Shown here: positions 25,746 to 35,314 of the stretch, in pieces
How the letters are laid out: the number at the start of each line of letters is the position of its first letter
Position numbering within the stretch: position 1 is the stretch's first letter
Assembly: GCA_045602065.1 (NCBI GenBank)
Contig: JAZSAX010000008.1
Coordinates: forward strand, 1 to 47,546
Length of the DNA stretch: 47,546 nucleotides
DNA from: Clostridia bacterium
GTDB lineage: Bacteria; Bacillota; Clostridia; TANB77; CAG-508
Direction of reading: 5' to 3'
Notes under the pieces: model-generated
The model's input: the letters and a program-made list of their open reading frames with translations, nothing else
What the model was told of the DNA's origin: nothing
Database searches by the model: none
Translations under genes and position numbers: made by a program

Positions 25746-25778
25746 TTACCACGGGGACGGAGATAATGGTAAAAAAAG
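25746..25778. repeat. Short GC-rich dispersed repeat, copy 2 (TTACCACGGGGACGGAGaTAATGGTAAAAAAAG)
   Basis: Same 17-mer as 8498-8514. Also starts a few nt after a stop codon (ptsH). Confidence 0.8.
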
Positions 25779-25793
25779 AAAGAGGATGAAAAT

Positions 25794-27491
25794 ATGCTAA
25801 AAGGAAAAGGTATATCAGCAGGTATTGGAATAGGAAAAGCATTGGTATTAAAAAAAGAAGAAATCAAAATAGAGAAAAGCAAAATAGAAGATATAAATTC
25901 GGAATTAGAGAAACTTAAGGTTTCTCTTAATTCTGTGATAAAAGAAACAGAAGAATTAAGAGATAAATCCAATAACGAGCAAAAACAAATTTTAGATGCA
26001 TATCTAATGATTTTACAAGATGAAACACTTACTCAAAAGGCAAAAGAATTAATTCAAAATGAAAAGTTGAATTGTGTGTATGCAGTAGAACAAGGAATGA
26101 ATGAAATAATAATAAATTTCAGAAATATACCTGATGAATATATATCTGAAAGAGCAAATGATATAGAAGATATTAAAAATAGAATAATTTCAAAGTTATT
26201 ACAAATTGAAGAGAATGATTTAAGTGAAATTGAACCTGCTACAATAATTGTTACACACGAACTTACAACTTCAGATACAGCAAAAATCAATATGGAAAAT
26301 GTTTCTGGAATTATTAGTGAAATTGGTGGAACAAATTCACATGTTTCAATAATTGCGAGAAACAAGCAAATTCCTATGGTAATAAGAGTTGAAAATATAC
26401 TTGAACAAATTGAGGATGGAGATGTGGTAGTAGTAAATGGAGAAACAGGTGATATTCATATAAATCCATCCATTGAAGAAATGGCAGAATATCAAAAATT
26501 ACAAAAACAAGATGAAGAAGAAAAACAAGAATTAGAAAAATTTAAAAATATAGTTGCTAAAACAAAAGATGGATTTCAAGTTGAAGTTAGCAGTAATATA
26601 GGAAAAACAAGTGATTTAGAAGATGTTTTAAAATTTGGTGCAGATGGAATTGGGCTATTTAGGACAGAATTTTTATTTATGGATTCTCCGCAAATGCCAA
26701 CAGAGGAAGAACAATTTGAAAGCTATAAAAAAATTGCTGAGAATATGAAAGATAAGTTATCAATAATAAGAACTTTAGATGCAGGAGGAGATAAGGACAT
26801 ACAGTATTTAAATTTAGAAAAAGAGGATAATCCGTTTTTAGGATATAGAGCTATTCGTTTATGTTTAGGCAATCCAGAAATGTTTAAAATTCAATTAAGA
26901 GCAATATTAAGAGCTAGTATATATGGGAACTTAGCAATAATGTTCCCTATGATATCTGTAATAGATGAGTTGCAACAAGCGAAGCAAATGTTAAAAGAAT
27001 GTAAAAAAGAATTAGATGAGAAGAATATAAAATATAATAAACAAATAAAAGTTGGTATGATGATAGAAATTCCAGCAGCCGCTATTATGGCTGAAACTTT
27101 TGCAAAAGAATGTGATTTTTTTAGTATAGGGACTAATGATTTGATACAATATACAATAGCTGCAGAAAGAGGAAATACTAAAATTGCAAATTTGTATACC
27201 AAAAATCATCCGGCTGTTATAAAACTAATAAAACAAACGATTGATGCTGCCCATAAAAATGGTATTTTTTGTGGAATGTGTGGAGAAGCGGCAAGTAATT
27301 TTCAATATATTCCTCTCTTAATCGGAATGGGTCTTAACGAATTTTCAATGAATTCATCAGCAATATTGCAAGCTAAAAAGACCATTACAGAATTAAACAA
27401 AAAAGATTGTGAAAAATTAGTTGATGAAGTTTTACAATTTTCTTCAGATAAAGAAGTTGAAAAAAGATTGAAAGAATTTATAAAAGCATAA
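25794..27491 (+). CDS. ptsI: Phosphoenolpyruvate-protein phosphotransferase (PTS Enzyme I)
   Basis: 565 aa. Active-site His context GGTNSHVSIIAR. PEP-utiliser C-terminal TIM barrel motifs. Confidence 0.95.
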   Translation: MLKGKGISAGIGIGKALVLKKEEIKIEKSKIEDINSELEKLKVSLNSVIKETEELRDKSNNEQKQILDAYLMILQDETLTQKAKELIQNEKLNCVYAVEQGMNEIIINFRNIPDEYISERANDIEDIKNRIISKLLQIEENDLSEIEPATIIVTHELTTSDTAKINMENVSGIISEIGGTNSHVSIIARNKQIPMVIRVENILEQIEDGDVVVVNGETGDIHINPSIEEMAEYQKLQKQDEEEKQELEKFKNIVAKTKDGFQVEVSSNIGKTSDLEDVLKFGADGIGLFRTEFLFMDSPQMPTEEEQFESYKKIAENMKDKLSIIRTLDAGGDKDIQYLNLEKEDNPFLGYRAIRLCLGNPEMFKIQLRAILRASIYGNLAIMFPMISVIDELQQAKQMLKECKKELDEKNIKYNKQIKVGMMIEIPAAAIMAETFAKECDFFSIGTNDLIQYTIAAERGNTKIANLYTKNHPAVIKLIKQTIDAAHKNGIFCGMCGEAASNFQYIPLLIGMGLNEFSMNSSAILQAKKTITELNKKDCEKLVDEVLQFSSDKEVEKRLKEFIKA

Positions 27492-27493
27492 AA

Positions 27494-27537
27494 ATAAAAA
27501 ACTCTCATACAATTATAACAAGTATGGGGGTTTTTTT
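27494..27537 (+). terminator. Terminator after ptsI
   Basis: CTCATAC...GTATGGG stem followed by a T7 run, ending at the cwlD start codon. Confidence 0.5.
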
Positions 27538-28245
27538 ATGATAGTTTTAAATAAAAAGACAATAAGAATAGCGGTATTAAGTATATTTGCGTTAATTTTT
27601 AGTTTTGCATTAATAAGTGATGACAAGAAATCTGTGCCAACAGTATCATTACCTGTATCAGGGAAAACAATAGTCATTGATGCAGGACATGGAAAACCAG
27701 ATGAAGGAGCAGAGAGTAGTAGAGGAACAACAGAAGCTGAAACAAATTTAAAAATAGCGTTAAAGTTACAAAATTTGTTGGAGCAAAGTGGCTCTTCCGT
27801 AATACTTACTCGTTCTGATGAAAGTGCAATATATGATATAGACTCAAAAACATTAAGGCAGAAAAAGATATCAGATATTCATAATAGAGTAAAAATAGGA
27901 AATGAAAGTTCTGCAGATATTTTTGTTTCGATACATTTGAACAAAATACCACAACAACAATATGATGGATGGCAAACTTTTTATAATGCAAAAAGTGCAG
28001 AAGGTCAGAAACTAGCTGTATCTATACAAAACAATTTGAATGATGCGATTCAAAAAGAAAATAATAGAGTAGCTAAAAGCATAGAGAACATCTATATTGT
28101 AAAACATGTAGAGATTCCAACTACAATTGTAGAATGCGGATTTTTATCAAATCCAGAAGAGGAAAAACTTTTACTTGAAGATGAATATCAAAATAAACTT
28201 GCTTGGGGCATCTATAATGGAATCATAGACTATTTTTATGAGTAA
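27538..28245 (+). CDS. cwlD: N-acetylmuramoyl-L-alanine amidase, CwlD-like (Amidase_3)
   Basis: 235 aa. N-terminal TM, IDAGHGKPDEGA, SIHLN and CGFLSNPEE motifs. Size matches CwlD. Confidence 0.78.
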   Translation: MIVLNKKTIRIAVLSIFALIFSFALISDDKKSVPTVSLPVSGKTIVIDAGHGKPDEGAESSRGTTEAETNLKIALKLQNLLEQSGSSVILTRSDESAIYDIDSKTLRQKKISDIHNRVKIGNESSADIFVSIHLNKIPQQQYDGWQTFYNAKSAEGQKLAVSIQNNLNDAIQKENNRVAKSIENIYIVKHVEIPTTIVECGFLSNPEEEKLLLEDEYQNKLAWGIYNGIIDYFYE

Positions 28246-28345
28246 TTCAATTTAAGCTGGTACATACTAGCTTAAAAAGAATTATTACAAAATTGCTGAA
28301 GCCTTAGGGAACCGGCAATTTTTTTTGTAAATTTACCTAAATACA

Positions 28346-28377
28346 TTGACTTTTTACCTTTTTCATTGTATTATAAT
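28346..28377 (+). promoter_or_regulatory. Promoter of minD-minE-rodA
   Basis: TTGACT (28346-28351), 17 nt ending in TG, TATTATAAT (28369-28377). Two hairpin terminators (28252-28276, 28291-28327) lie upstream. Confidence 0.6.
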
Positions 28378-28430
28378 AATTGAAAAACTGGGATTTTAGA
28401 TTCATAAGAAATATCCTAAGGAGGAAGAAT

Positions 28431-29222
28431 ATGGGAGAAGTTATAGTTATAACATCAGGAAAAGGTGGAGTTGGTAAAACTACAACAACAGCAAACCTAG
28501 GTTCTAGCCTAGCATTAGAAGGAAAAAAGGTTGTATTAATAGACACAGATATTGGTCTAAGAAACCTTGATGTAGTAATGGGGTTAGAAAACAGAATAGT
28601 ATATGACATAGTAGATGTTGTTGAAGAAAAATGTAAATTAAGACAAGCATTAATAAAAGATAAAAGATTTAAAGAGTTATATTTGTTACCAGCTGCGCAA
28701 ACAAGAGATAAAAGTGCAGTAAATGAAGAACAAATGAAAGAATTAACAGATAAATTAAAAGAAGAATTTGACTATATACTTATAGACTGTCCTGCAGGAA
28801 TTGAACAAGGGTTTAAGAATGCTATTGCAGGGGCTGACCGAGCTATTGTAGTAAGTACAGCCGAAATATCTTCAATTAGAGATGCCGATAGAATAATAGG
28901 TTTATTAGAAGCGGCCGAAATAAAAAATCCAGAGTTAGTAATAAATAGAATAAGACCTAATATGGTAAGAAAAGGCGAAATGATGGATGTAAATGACATA
29001 GTGGACTTATTATCAATAGATTTACTAGGTGTAGTACCAGATGATGAATATATCATAACACAAACAAACAAAGGTGAACCAGTAATTCAAAATAGAAAAG
29101 CACCATCAGGAAAAGCATATTTAGAAATAGCTAAAAGAGTATTAGGTGAAAATATAGAGGTAACAATACCTGGAAGAGAAAAGGGATTTTTTGCAAAATT
29201 AAAAAGCTTATTTAAAAAATAA
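28431..29222 (+). CDS. minD: Septum site-determining ATPase MinD
   Basis: MGEVIVITSGKGGVGKTTTTANLG (deviant Walker A) after AAGGAGGA. The track start 28380 is upstream of the RBS. Confidence 0.95.
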   Translation: MGEVIVITSGKGGVGKTTTTANLGSSLALEGKKVVLIDTDIGLRNLDVVMGLENRIVYDIVDVVEEKCKLRQALIKDKRFKELYLLPAAQTRDKSAVNEEQMKELTDKLKEEFDYILIDCPAGIEQGFKNAIAGADRAIVVSTAEISSIRDADRIIGLLEAAEIKNPELVINRIRPNMVRKGEMMDVNDIVDLLSIDLLGVVPDDEYIITQTNKGEPVIQNRKAPSGKAYLEIAKRVLGENIEVTIPGREKGFFAKLKSLFKK

Positions 29223-29246
29223 ACAAATGTGGAGGGGTAATAAATA

Positions 29247-29741
29247 ATGTTTGAAAGCATAATGAATTTTTTAAGAAAAATGACTAAAAAAGAAGATCAA
29301 ACATTAAAGTCTAAAGATGCAGCAAAAGAAAGGCTACATTTAGTTCTAATGCAAGACAGAGCAAATGTATCAGCAGACTTTTTAGATTTGATGAAACAAG
29401 AAATAATAGAAGTTATAAAAAAATATATAGATATAGACGAAAGTGCAATGGATGTAAGACTAACAAATAAAGAGAACAATGACGGAACAAATGGAGCACC
29501 TGCATTATATGCGAATATCCCGATAATGAATATTAAAGATGAGGTGAGGAAAACAGCTCAAGTTGAAAAAAAACCTTCATCAGAAAAAGAAAAGAAAGAG
29601 ATTAAAAAATCAAAACAAGTTCAAATTACAGATAAAACTGCAAAAGAAGAAAAAAACAAAAAAGAAGAAAAGCCTGAAAAGATAGAAGATGTAAACGAGG
29701 AAGAGAAAAAAGCAGAAACTAAAGAAGAGAGCAAAAACTAA
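29247..29741 (+). CDS. minE: Cell division topological specificity factor MinE with a ~70-aa Lys/Glu-rich C-terminal extension
   Basis: The first ~90 aa are MinE-like (MFESIMNFLRKM...AKERLHLVLMQDR...). Residues ~95-164 are low-complexity K/E-rich. Confidence 0.8.
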   Translation: MFESIMNFLRKMTKKEDQTLKSKDAAKERLHLVLMQDRANVSADFLDLMKQEIIEVIKKYIDIDESAMDVRLTNKENNDGTNGAPALYANIPIMNIKDEVRKTAQVEKKPSSEKEKKEIKKSKQVQITDKTAKEEKNKKEEKPEKIEDVNEEEKKAETKEESKN

Positions 29742-29764
29742 TAATTTTATAAAAGAGTGGTTAA

Positions 29765-30877
29765 ATGAATATAAAAAAATTAAGAAAAATAGAGTGGTTA
29801 ATACCAATATGTGCAATTATATTATGTGGAATTGGTCTAATAGCACTATTTTCTGCATCATATGATTCGGGTTTAGATGAATTTAAAAAACAAGCAATGT
29901 GGATGGGGATAAGTTTTATAATAATGCTTGTAGTAATGTTTATAGACTACAAGATTTTCATAAAATTATCTCCTATATTGTATGCAATTGCAATTATAAT
30001 GCTAATAGCAGTACTTTTTACAAAACCAATCAATGGAGCAAGAAGTTGGTTTAATATAGGGGATGGACTATTTTCTTTTCAACCAGCAGAAATGTCAAAA
30101 ATATTTATAATTTTATTTTTGGCATATGTTATTTCAATAATTCAAAGAAATGGAAGAGAAGAAATTAATAGAATTCCAAAATTAGCTTTAATATTATTAA
30201 CAATATTAGTGCCAATAGGATTAATAATAATAGAGCCAGACTATGGAACTGCAGCAGCATATATAATAGCATTTTTATTAATGATATTTGTGGCAGGAAT
30301 AGATAAAAAATACATAATATCAGCAATAGTAATTGCAACAATAGTTGTAGTATCCGGATATCTATTCTTTTTACCAGAACACGCTAAAACAAGAATAGAT
30401 ACATTTTTGAATCCTGAATCAGATCCAAGAGGTGCAGGATACAATGTTTTACAGTCCAAACTAGCAATAGGTGCTGGACAAGCTACTGGAATGGGAATAT
30501 TAAATGGAAACCAGACACAATTAGGATATTTATATCCTAAGACAACAGATTTTATATTTTCTGTAATAGGAGAAGAAATGGGCTTTATTGTAGCTGGAGG
30601 AGTAATAGTATTAAATATAATATTAATTACAAAATCTATAAAAGTAGCAAAAGGAATTAAAGATGAAGCTGGTTCATATGTAGCAATAGGAATTGCTGGA
30701 ATATTTTTATTCCATACACTAGAAAATATAGGAATGACAATGGGATTACTTCCAATAACAGGAGTGCCATTATTATTTGTTAGTTATGGTGGAAGTTCTA
30801 TGATGACAAGTTTTATTCTGATTGGTATTTTATTAAATATTAGTAGTCAGAGAAAAAATGGGTTGTTTAATAAATAG
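29765..30877 (+). CDS. rodA: FtsW/RodA/SpoVE family peptidoglycan glycosyltransferase (RodA by position after minE)
   Basis: 370 aa, about 10 TM segments. Conserved FQPAE, PEDYTDFIF-like (PKTTDFIFSVIGEE) and LPITGVPLLFVSYGGSS motifs. Confidence 0.85.
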   Translation: MNIKKLRKIEWLIPICAIILCGIGLIALFSASYDSGLDEFKKQAMWMGISFIIMLVVMFIDYKIFIKLSPILYAIAIIMLIAVLFTKPINGARSWFNIGDGLFSFQPAEMSKIFIILFLAYVISIIQRNGREEINRIPKLALILLTILVPIGLIIIEPDYGTAAAYIIAFLLMIFVAGIDKKYIISAIVIATIVVVSGYLFFLPEHAKTRIDTFLNPESDPRGAGYNVLQSKLAIGAGQATGMGILNGNQTQLGYLYPKTTDFIFSVIGEEMGFIVAGGVIVLNIILITKSIKVAKGIKDEAGSYVAIGIAGIFLFHTLENIGMTMGLLPITGVPLLFVSYGGSSMMTSFILIGILLNISSQRKNGLFNK

Positions 30878-30886
30878 GAGAAAGAG

Positions 30887-31864
30887 ATGTACTTAAAAAA
30901 GCTAAAAATAGGAAATGTGGAATTAAAAAACAATTTAATTTTAGCTCCAATGGCAGGTGTAACAGACCTGCCTTTTAGGCGTGTTGTAGAAAAGTTTGAA
31001 CCAGGATTAGTGTGTACAGAAATGGTTAGCTCTAAAGCATTATATTATGGAGATGAAAAAACGAAACAATTACTAAAAACAGATGGGGAGAAAAGACCAA
31101 TTAGTATGCAAATATTTGGTAGTGATCCTGAGTCTATGGGATTTGCTGCTAGATATGTTAGTGAATTGGCTGATATAATTGATATAAATATGGGGTGCCC
31201 AGCTCCTAAAGTTGTAAAAAACGGAGATGGAAGCAAATTGCTATTAGATTTGCAAAAGGCAGAAGAAATAATAAAAGCAGTTGTAGCAAATTCAAAAGTG
31301 CCTGTTACATTGAAGTTTAGAAAAGGTTGGGATAATGATAATATTGTAGCATGTGAAGTAGCTAAAATTGCAGAAAAAAATGGAGTAGCTGCAATTATAA
31401 TACATGGTAGAACACGAGATGAGTTTTATAGTGGAAAAGCAGATTTAGATATTATAAAAAAAGTTAAAGAATCTGTAAGCATTCCTGTAATAGGAAATGG
31501 AGATGTAATTGATGAGGAATCTGCAAAATATATGTTTGAATATACAGGTGTAGATGGTATTATGATAGGTAGAGGAGCAATGGGAAATCCTTGGATATTT
31601 GAACAAATAGAACATTATTTGCGAACAGGAGAAAAATTACCAAGACCTACAAATCAACAAAAATATAAAATTCTAAAAGAACATATAGAACTTGACATTA
31701 AAGAAAAAGGCGAACATATAGCCCTTAATGAGATGAGGAAACATATTAGTTGGTATACTAAAAATATGAAAGAGTCTAGTTCATTTAGAAATAAGATTAA
31801 TCATATTGATAATAAAGAAGAATTAATGCAAACAATTAAAAATTATTTTAAAGACAACAATTGA
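30887..31864 (+). CDS. dusB: tRNA-dihydrouridine synthase
   Basis: 325 aa. LAPMAGVTDLPFR, NMGCPAPKV and IHGRTR motifs. Confidence 0.9.
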   Translation: MYLKKLKIGNVELKNNLILAPMAGVTDLPFRRVVEKFEPGLVCTEMVSSKALYYGDEKTKQLLKTDGEKRPISMQIFGSDPESMGFAARYVSELADIIDINMGCPAPKVVKNGDGSKLLLDLQKAEEIIKAVVANSKVPVTLKFRKGWDNDNIVACEVAKIAEKNGVAAIIIHGRTRDEFYSGKADLDIIKKVKESVSIPVIGNGDVIDEESAKYMFEYTGVDGIMIGRGAMGNPWIFEQIEHYLRTGEKLPRPTNQQKYKILKEHIELDIKEKGEHIALNEMRKHISWYTKNMKESSSFRNKINHIDNKEELMQTIKNYFKDNN

Positions 31865-31909
31865 CATTATAAAAATAAATTTATATAATTAAAAAAGGAG
31901 GAAATACAA

Positions 31910-32290
31910 ATGAATATAGTAGGAATAGCTTTTATAGTAATTGGAGTAGGAATTTTTTTAATTGATGTTATTAATAAGGTAAAGTGCAAGGAAAATGTTA
32001 CTGGAACTGTTGTTGACATATATAAAATCACATCAATCAAAGGGAATGGCGGTAAAAAAAGGACATACTATCCTATTTATCAATATAATGTAGATGGAAC
32101 TATGTATGTAAAAAAATCATCTAGTGGCTCTATATTTTGTAAATATCAAATAGGAGATGAAGTTAAAATTAAATATAATCCTAAAAATCCTAATAGATAT
32201 CATGTGAAAGGCAAAATTACTAATATAGTAATGAGTATAATTTGGATAATATTAGGTGTAGGAATTATAATTATAGGACAAAGAGTATAA
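31910..32290 (+). CDS. DUF3592-like small membrane protein
   Basis: 126 aa. Two terminal TM helices flank a beta-rich core (YYPIYQYNVDG). Confidence 0.45.
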   Translation: MNIVGIAFIVIGVGIFLIDVINKVKCKENVTGTVVDIYKITSIKGNGGKKRTYYPIYQYNVDGTMYVKKSSSGSIFCKYQIGDEVKIKYNPKNPNRYHVKGKITNIVMSIIWIILGVGIIIIGQRV

Positions 32291-32362
32291 AATACTCTTT
32301 GTTTTTTTATATGTAATATTATTACTCTAGTTTTAATAAATATTACACAGGAGGTAATTTTC

Positions 32363-32974
32363 ATGAAAAAGAAATATTGGATAATATTATTAATTATAAT
32401 AATTACAATTGGAGGAATAATTTTTTATAAAAATAGGGTTAAAGATTTAAAATTTGGAAATAATAAAACTAGTCAAGAAATTGTAGACTATATTTTAAAT
32501 ATTAGTTCATATGAAGTGAAAGTAACTGTTGATGTAAGCAGTAATAAAAATAGTAATAAATATATTTTAAAACAAACATATCAAAGCCCTAATAAAAGTA
32601 TTCAAGAGGTGGTTGAACCAAGTAATATAGCAGGAGTTAGATTAGAAAATGATGGAACAAACTTAAAATTAGAAAACAGTCAATTAAACTTAAATACAAT
32701 CTTAGAAAACTATAACTATCTTGGAGATAATTGCCTAGATTTATATAGTTTTATAGAAGATTATAAGCAAGATGGCAATTCGAGTTATGAAGAAAAAGAT
32801 ACAGAAATAATAATGAAAGCAAGTAGCAATATTGAAAATATTTATGTGCAAGAAAAGATTTTACATATAGACAAAAAAACATATAATCCAACACAAATGG
32901 AAATAAAGGACAACAAACAAAAAACGACAATTTACATATTATATAATGAGGTAAAGGTAAATAGTACAAATTAA
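32363..32974 (+). CDS. Membrane-anchored hypothetical protein (possibly LolA/YdcC-like fold)
   Basis: 203 aa with an N-terminal TM. The position upstream of mazF recalls B. subtilis ydcC-alr-mazE-mazF. No motif is strong enough for a firm call. Confidence 0.3.
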   Translation: MKKKYWIILLIIIITIGGIIFYKNRVKDLKFGNNKTSQEIVDYILNISSYEVKVTVDVSSNKNSNKYILKQTYQSPNKSIQEVVEPSNIAGVRLENDGTNLKLENSQLNLNTILENYNYLGDNCLDLYSFIEDYKQDGNSSYEEKDTEIIMKASSNIENIYVQEKILHIDKKTYNPTQMEIKDNKQKTTIYILYNEVKVNSTN

Positions 32975-33078
32975 AATATATGCACTTTCCTTAATATATA
33001 AATGTAGCGGACTATTGACTTTACTTCAAACTAATAAAAAATATAGAAATAAAATTGTAGTTTTTGGGAGTGAAGAAA

Positions 33079-33429
33079 ATGGTAGTAAAAAGAGGAGATA
33101 TGTTTTATGCAGACTTAAGTCCAGTTGTGGGATCAGAGCAAGGAGGAATTAGACCTGTTTTAATTATTCAAAATGATTTAGGAAATAAGTATAGTCCAAC
33201 TGTTATTGCTGCAGCCATAACTTCCCAAACAAATAAAACTAAATTACCAACACATATAGAACTTGGAGAAAATAAATGTGGGCTTAAGAGCAATTCAGTA
33301 GTCCTTACTGAACAAATAAGAACAATTGATAAAAGTAGATTAAAAGAAAAAATTGGGCATATAGACGATAATCAAATAATTAGTCAATTAAACAATGCAC
33401 TCGGAGTGAGCTTCGGGTTAGAATTTTAA
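33079..33429 (+). CDS. mazF: MazF/EndoA (PemK family) endoribonuclease toxin
   Basis: MVVKRGDMFYADLSPVVGSEQGGIRPVLIIQND...SPTVIAAAITS, the typical MazF/NdoA signature. GGGAG RBS 8 nt before ATG 33079. Confidence 0.9.
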   Translation: MVVKRGDMFYADLSPVVGSEQGGIRPVLIIQNDLGNKYSPTVIAAAITSQTNKTKLPTHIELGENKCGLKSNSVVLTEQIRTIDKSRLKEKIGHIDDNQIISQLNNALGVSFGLEF

Positions 33430-33430
33430 T

Positions 33431-33453
33431 AAAAAGGGACCAGGTCCCTTTTT
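33431..33453. terminator. Bidirectional palindromic terminator (GGGACCAGGTCCC family) between mazF and the PBP gene
   Basis: AAAAAGGGACCAGGTCCCTTTTT, a perfect palindrome that overlaps the PBP stop codon. Confidence 0.75.
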
Positions 33454-35218
33454 ACGTTTTGTTATCTAGATAAGGCAAAACTTCACCTAAAATTTTACCA
33501 CCAACAGGAGCAGCAACGCCGCCACCTTGATGTCCGCCTTCACCAGTAGGATTATATAAAGTAATTAATAATACAATTTCAGGATCATCAGTTTCGGCAA
33601 CACCACAAAAGGATGTAACGTATTTTCCGGTATTAACACCGTCTTCAGAAGTTCCTGTTTTACCACCAACATTATATCCAACTACTTGTGCATTTTTTCC
33701 AGTTCCTTCAGAAACAACACTATTCATCATACTTAAAACTTTTTCGGCATTTCCTTTAGAAATTACTTGTTCACCAGTTTCTACTGGCATTTCTATTATT
33801 TCTCCAGTTTCACTATTTTGAATACTTTTAACAATACGAGGTTTTATATAAACTCCATCATTTGCGATAGTTGCAACAGCAGTAACCATTTGTAATGGAG
33901 TAATTTCAAATCTTTGACCAAAACTAATTGTAGCTAATTCAACAGGTCCTGCTTTTTCTTCCTTTACGAAGATGCTATTTGCTTCTCCAGGAAGTTTAAT
34001 TCCAGTTTTAGAAAAAAGACCAAATTTTTCTAGATAATCGTAATATTTTGTGACACCAATTTTTTGACCTAATCCTATAAAAACAGGGTTACATGAATTC
34101 ATTAAGCCTTCTCTTAAACTTTCAGAACCATGAGGTCTATAATATCTCCAACATTTAATTCTAGCATTTGCAACTTGAATTGAACCTGTACAACAAAATT
34201 GACCAGGAGCATCTATATCTGTAATAATTCCTTCTTCTAATGCTGCTGAAGCGGTTACAGTTTTAAAAACAGAACCAGGTTCATATGTATCAGAAATAGA
34301 TTTATTCCTCCACATACCTTGTAAAGCAGTTGTTTTATCTTTTTGTTCCATTCCATACCATGCAGATTTTAATTCATCAGTATAAGGTTCATAAGGACTA
34401 TTTAAATCATAACTTGGATATGTTGCCATTGCAAGAATATCACCATTTTGGGGATTCATAGCTATTATACTTCCGCCATCAGTGCAAACATTATCAATAC
34501 AAGCTTCTTCTAAATATTTTTCAACTATTGATTGAATTGTCATATCAATTGTCAAAATTAAGTTATTTCCATCAGTTGCAGCAACATATTCTTCTCCACC
34601 AAGACTTTCGCCAGTAGCATTAGTTTGCCTTTGAATTTTTCCGTTTGTGCCTTTTAGTTCATCATCATATTTTGCTTCAATACCATCTAATCCTTGATTA
34701 TCACTACCGCAAAAACCAATAACCTGAGCTGCTAAATCTCCATAAGGATAGTATCTTTTGGAATCTTCATCTATATTTATTCCAGTAGTAATATTATTTT
34801 CAGTCATCCAATTTCGAAGTTCATCACTTTTTTGTTTATCAACTTTCTTGATAATAGTTTCAATTGAACTGTGTTTAGAAACTTTTTTTAAAACTTTTTC
34901 ATAATCTAACTCAAAAATATTACTAAGAGCTTGTGCGACCTTTTCTTTATTTTCTGCAGAGATATTTGTAGGATTTACATTAACAGATTCTACACTTGAG
35001 CTGACTGCTAAAATATATTTTCCAGTACTATCATAAATAGTTCCTCTTTTTGCGGTAATACTTCGACTTTGAGACTGTTGACTACTAGCTTTACTACTTA
35101 ATTCGGGCCCCCAGATGAATTGAATATAAGAAACTCGTGCTGTTAATAAAATTATAATAGATAATGCGATTAATAAAGTATTTCTTAATTTCTTTTTGTT
35201 TGTCAATGATATTGGCAT
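33452..35218 (-). CDS. Class B penicillin-binding protein (transpeptidase; SpoVD/FtsI/PBP2B type)
   Basis: SxxK (GSVFK), SxN (NSCN), KTG (GGKTGTS). N-terminal TM. Start ATG 35218 follows a GAGGTGA RBS (the track start 35257 is less likely). Confidence 0.9.
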   Translation of the reverse strand: MPISLTNKKKLRNTLLIALSIIILLTARVSYIQFIWGPELSSKASSQQSQSRSITAKRGTIYDSTGKYILAVSSSVESVNVNPTNISAENKEKVAQALSNIFELDYEKVLKKVSKHSSIETIIKKVDKQKSDELRNWMTENNITTGINIDEDSKRYYPYGDLAAQVIGFCGSDNQGLDGIEAKYDDELKGTNGKIQRQTNATGESLGGEEYVAATDGNNLILTIDMTIQSIVEKYLEEACIDNVCTDGGSIIAMNPQNGDILAMATYPSYDLNSPYEPYTDELKSAWYGMEQKDKTTALQGMWRNKSISDTYEPGSVFKTVTASAALEEGIITDIDAPGQFCCTGSIQVANARIKCWRYYRPHGSESLREGLMNSCNPVFIGLGQKIGVTKYYDYLEKFGLFSKTGIKLPGEANSIFVKEEKAGPVELATISFGQRFEITPLQMVTAVATIANDGVYIKPRIVKSIQNSETGEIIEMPVETGEQVISKGNAEKVLSMMNSVVSEGTGKNAQVVGYNVGGKTGTSEDGVNTGKYVTSFCGVAETDDPEIVLLITLYNPTGEGGHQGGGVAAPVGGKILGEVLPYLDNKT

Positions 35219-35314
35219 AAAATCACCTCTATTAAGTGTATGCAAAATGATTGACAATATTAAATAAAAAGAATAAAATTAAACAAAACAAATATAAATG
35301 ATAAGGGTGATATT

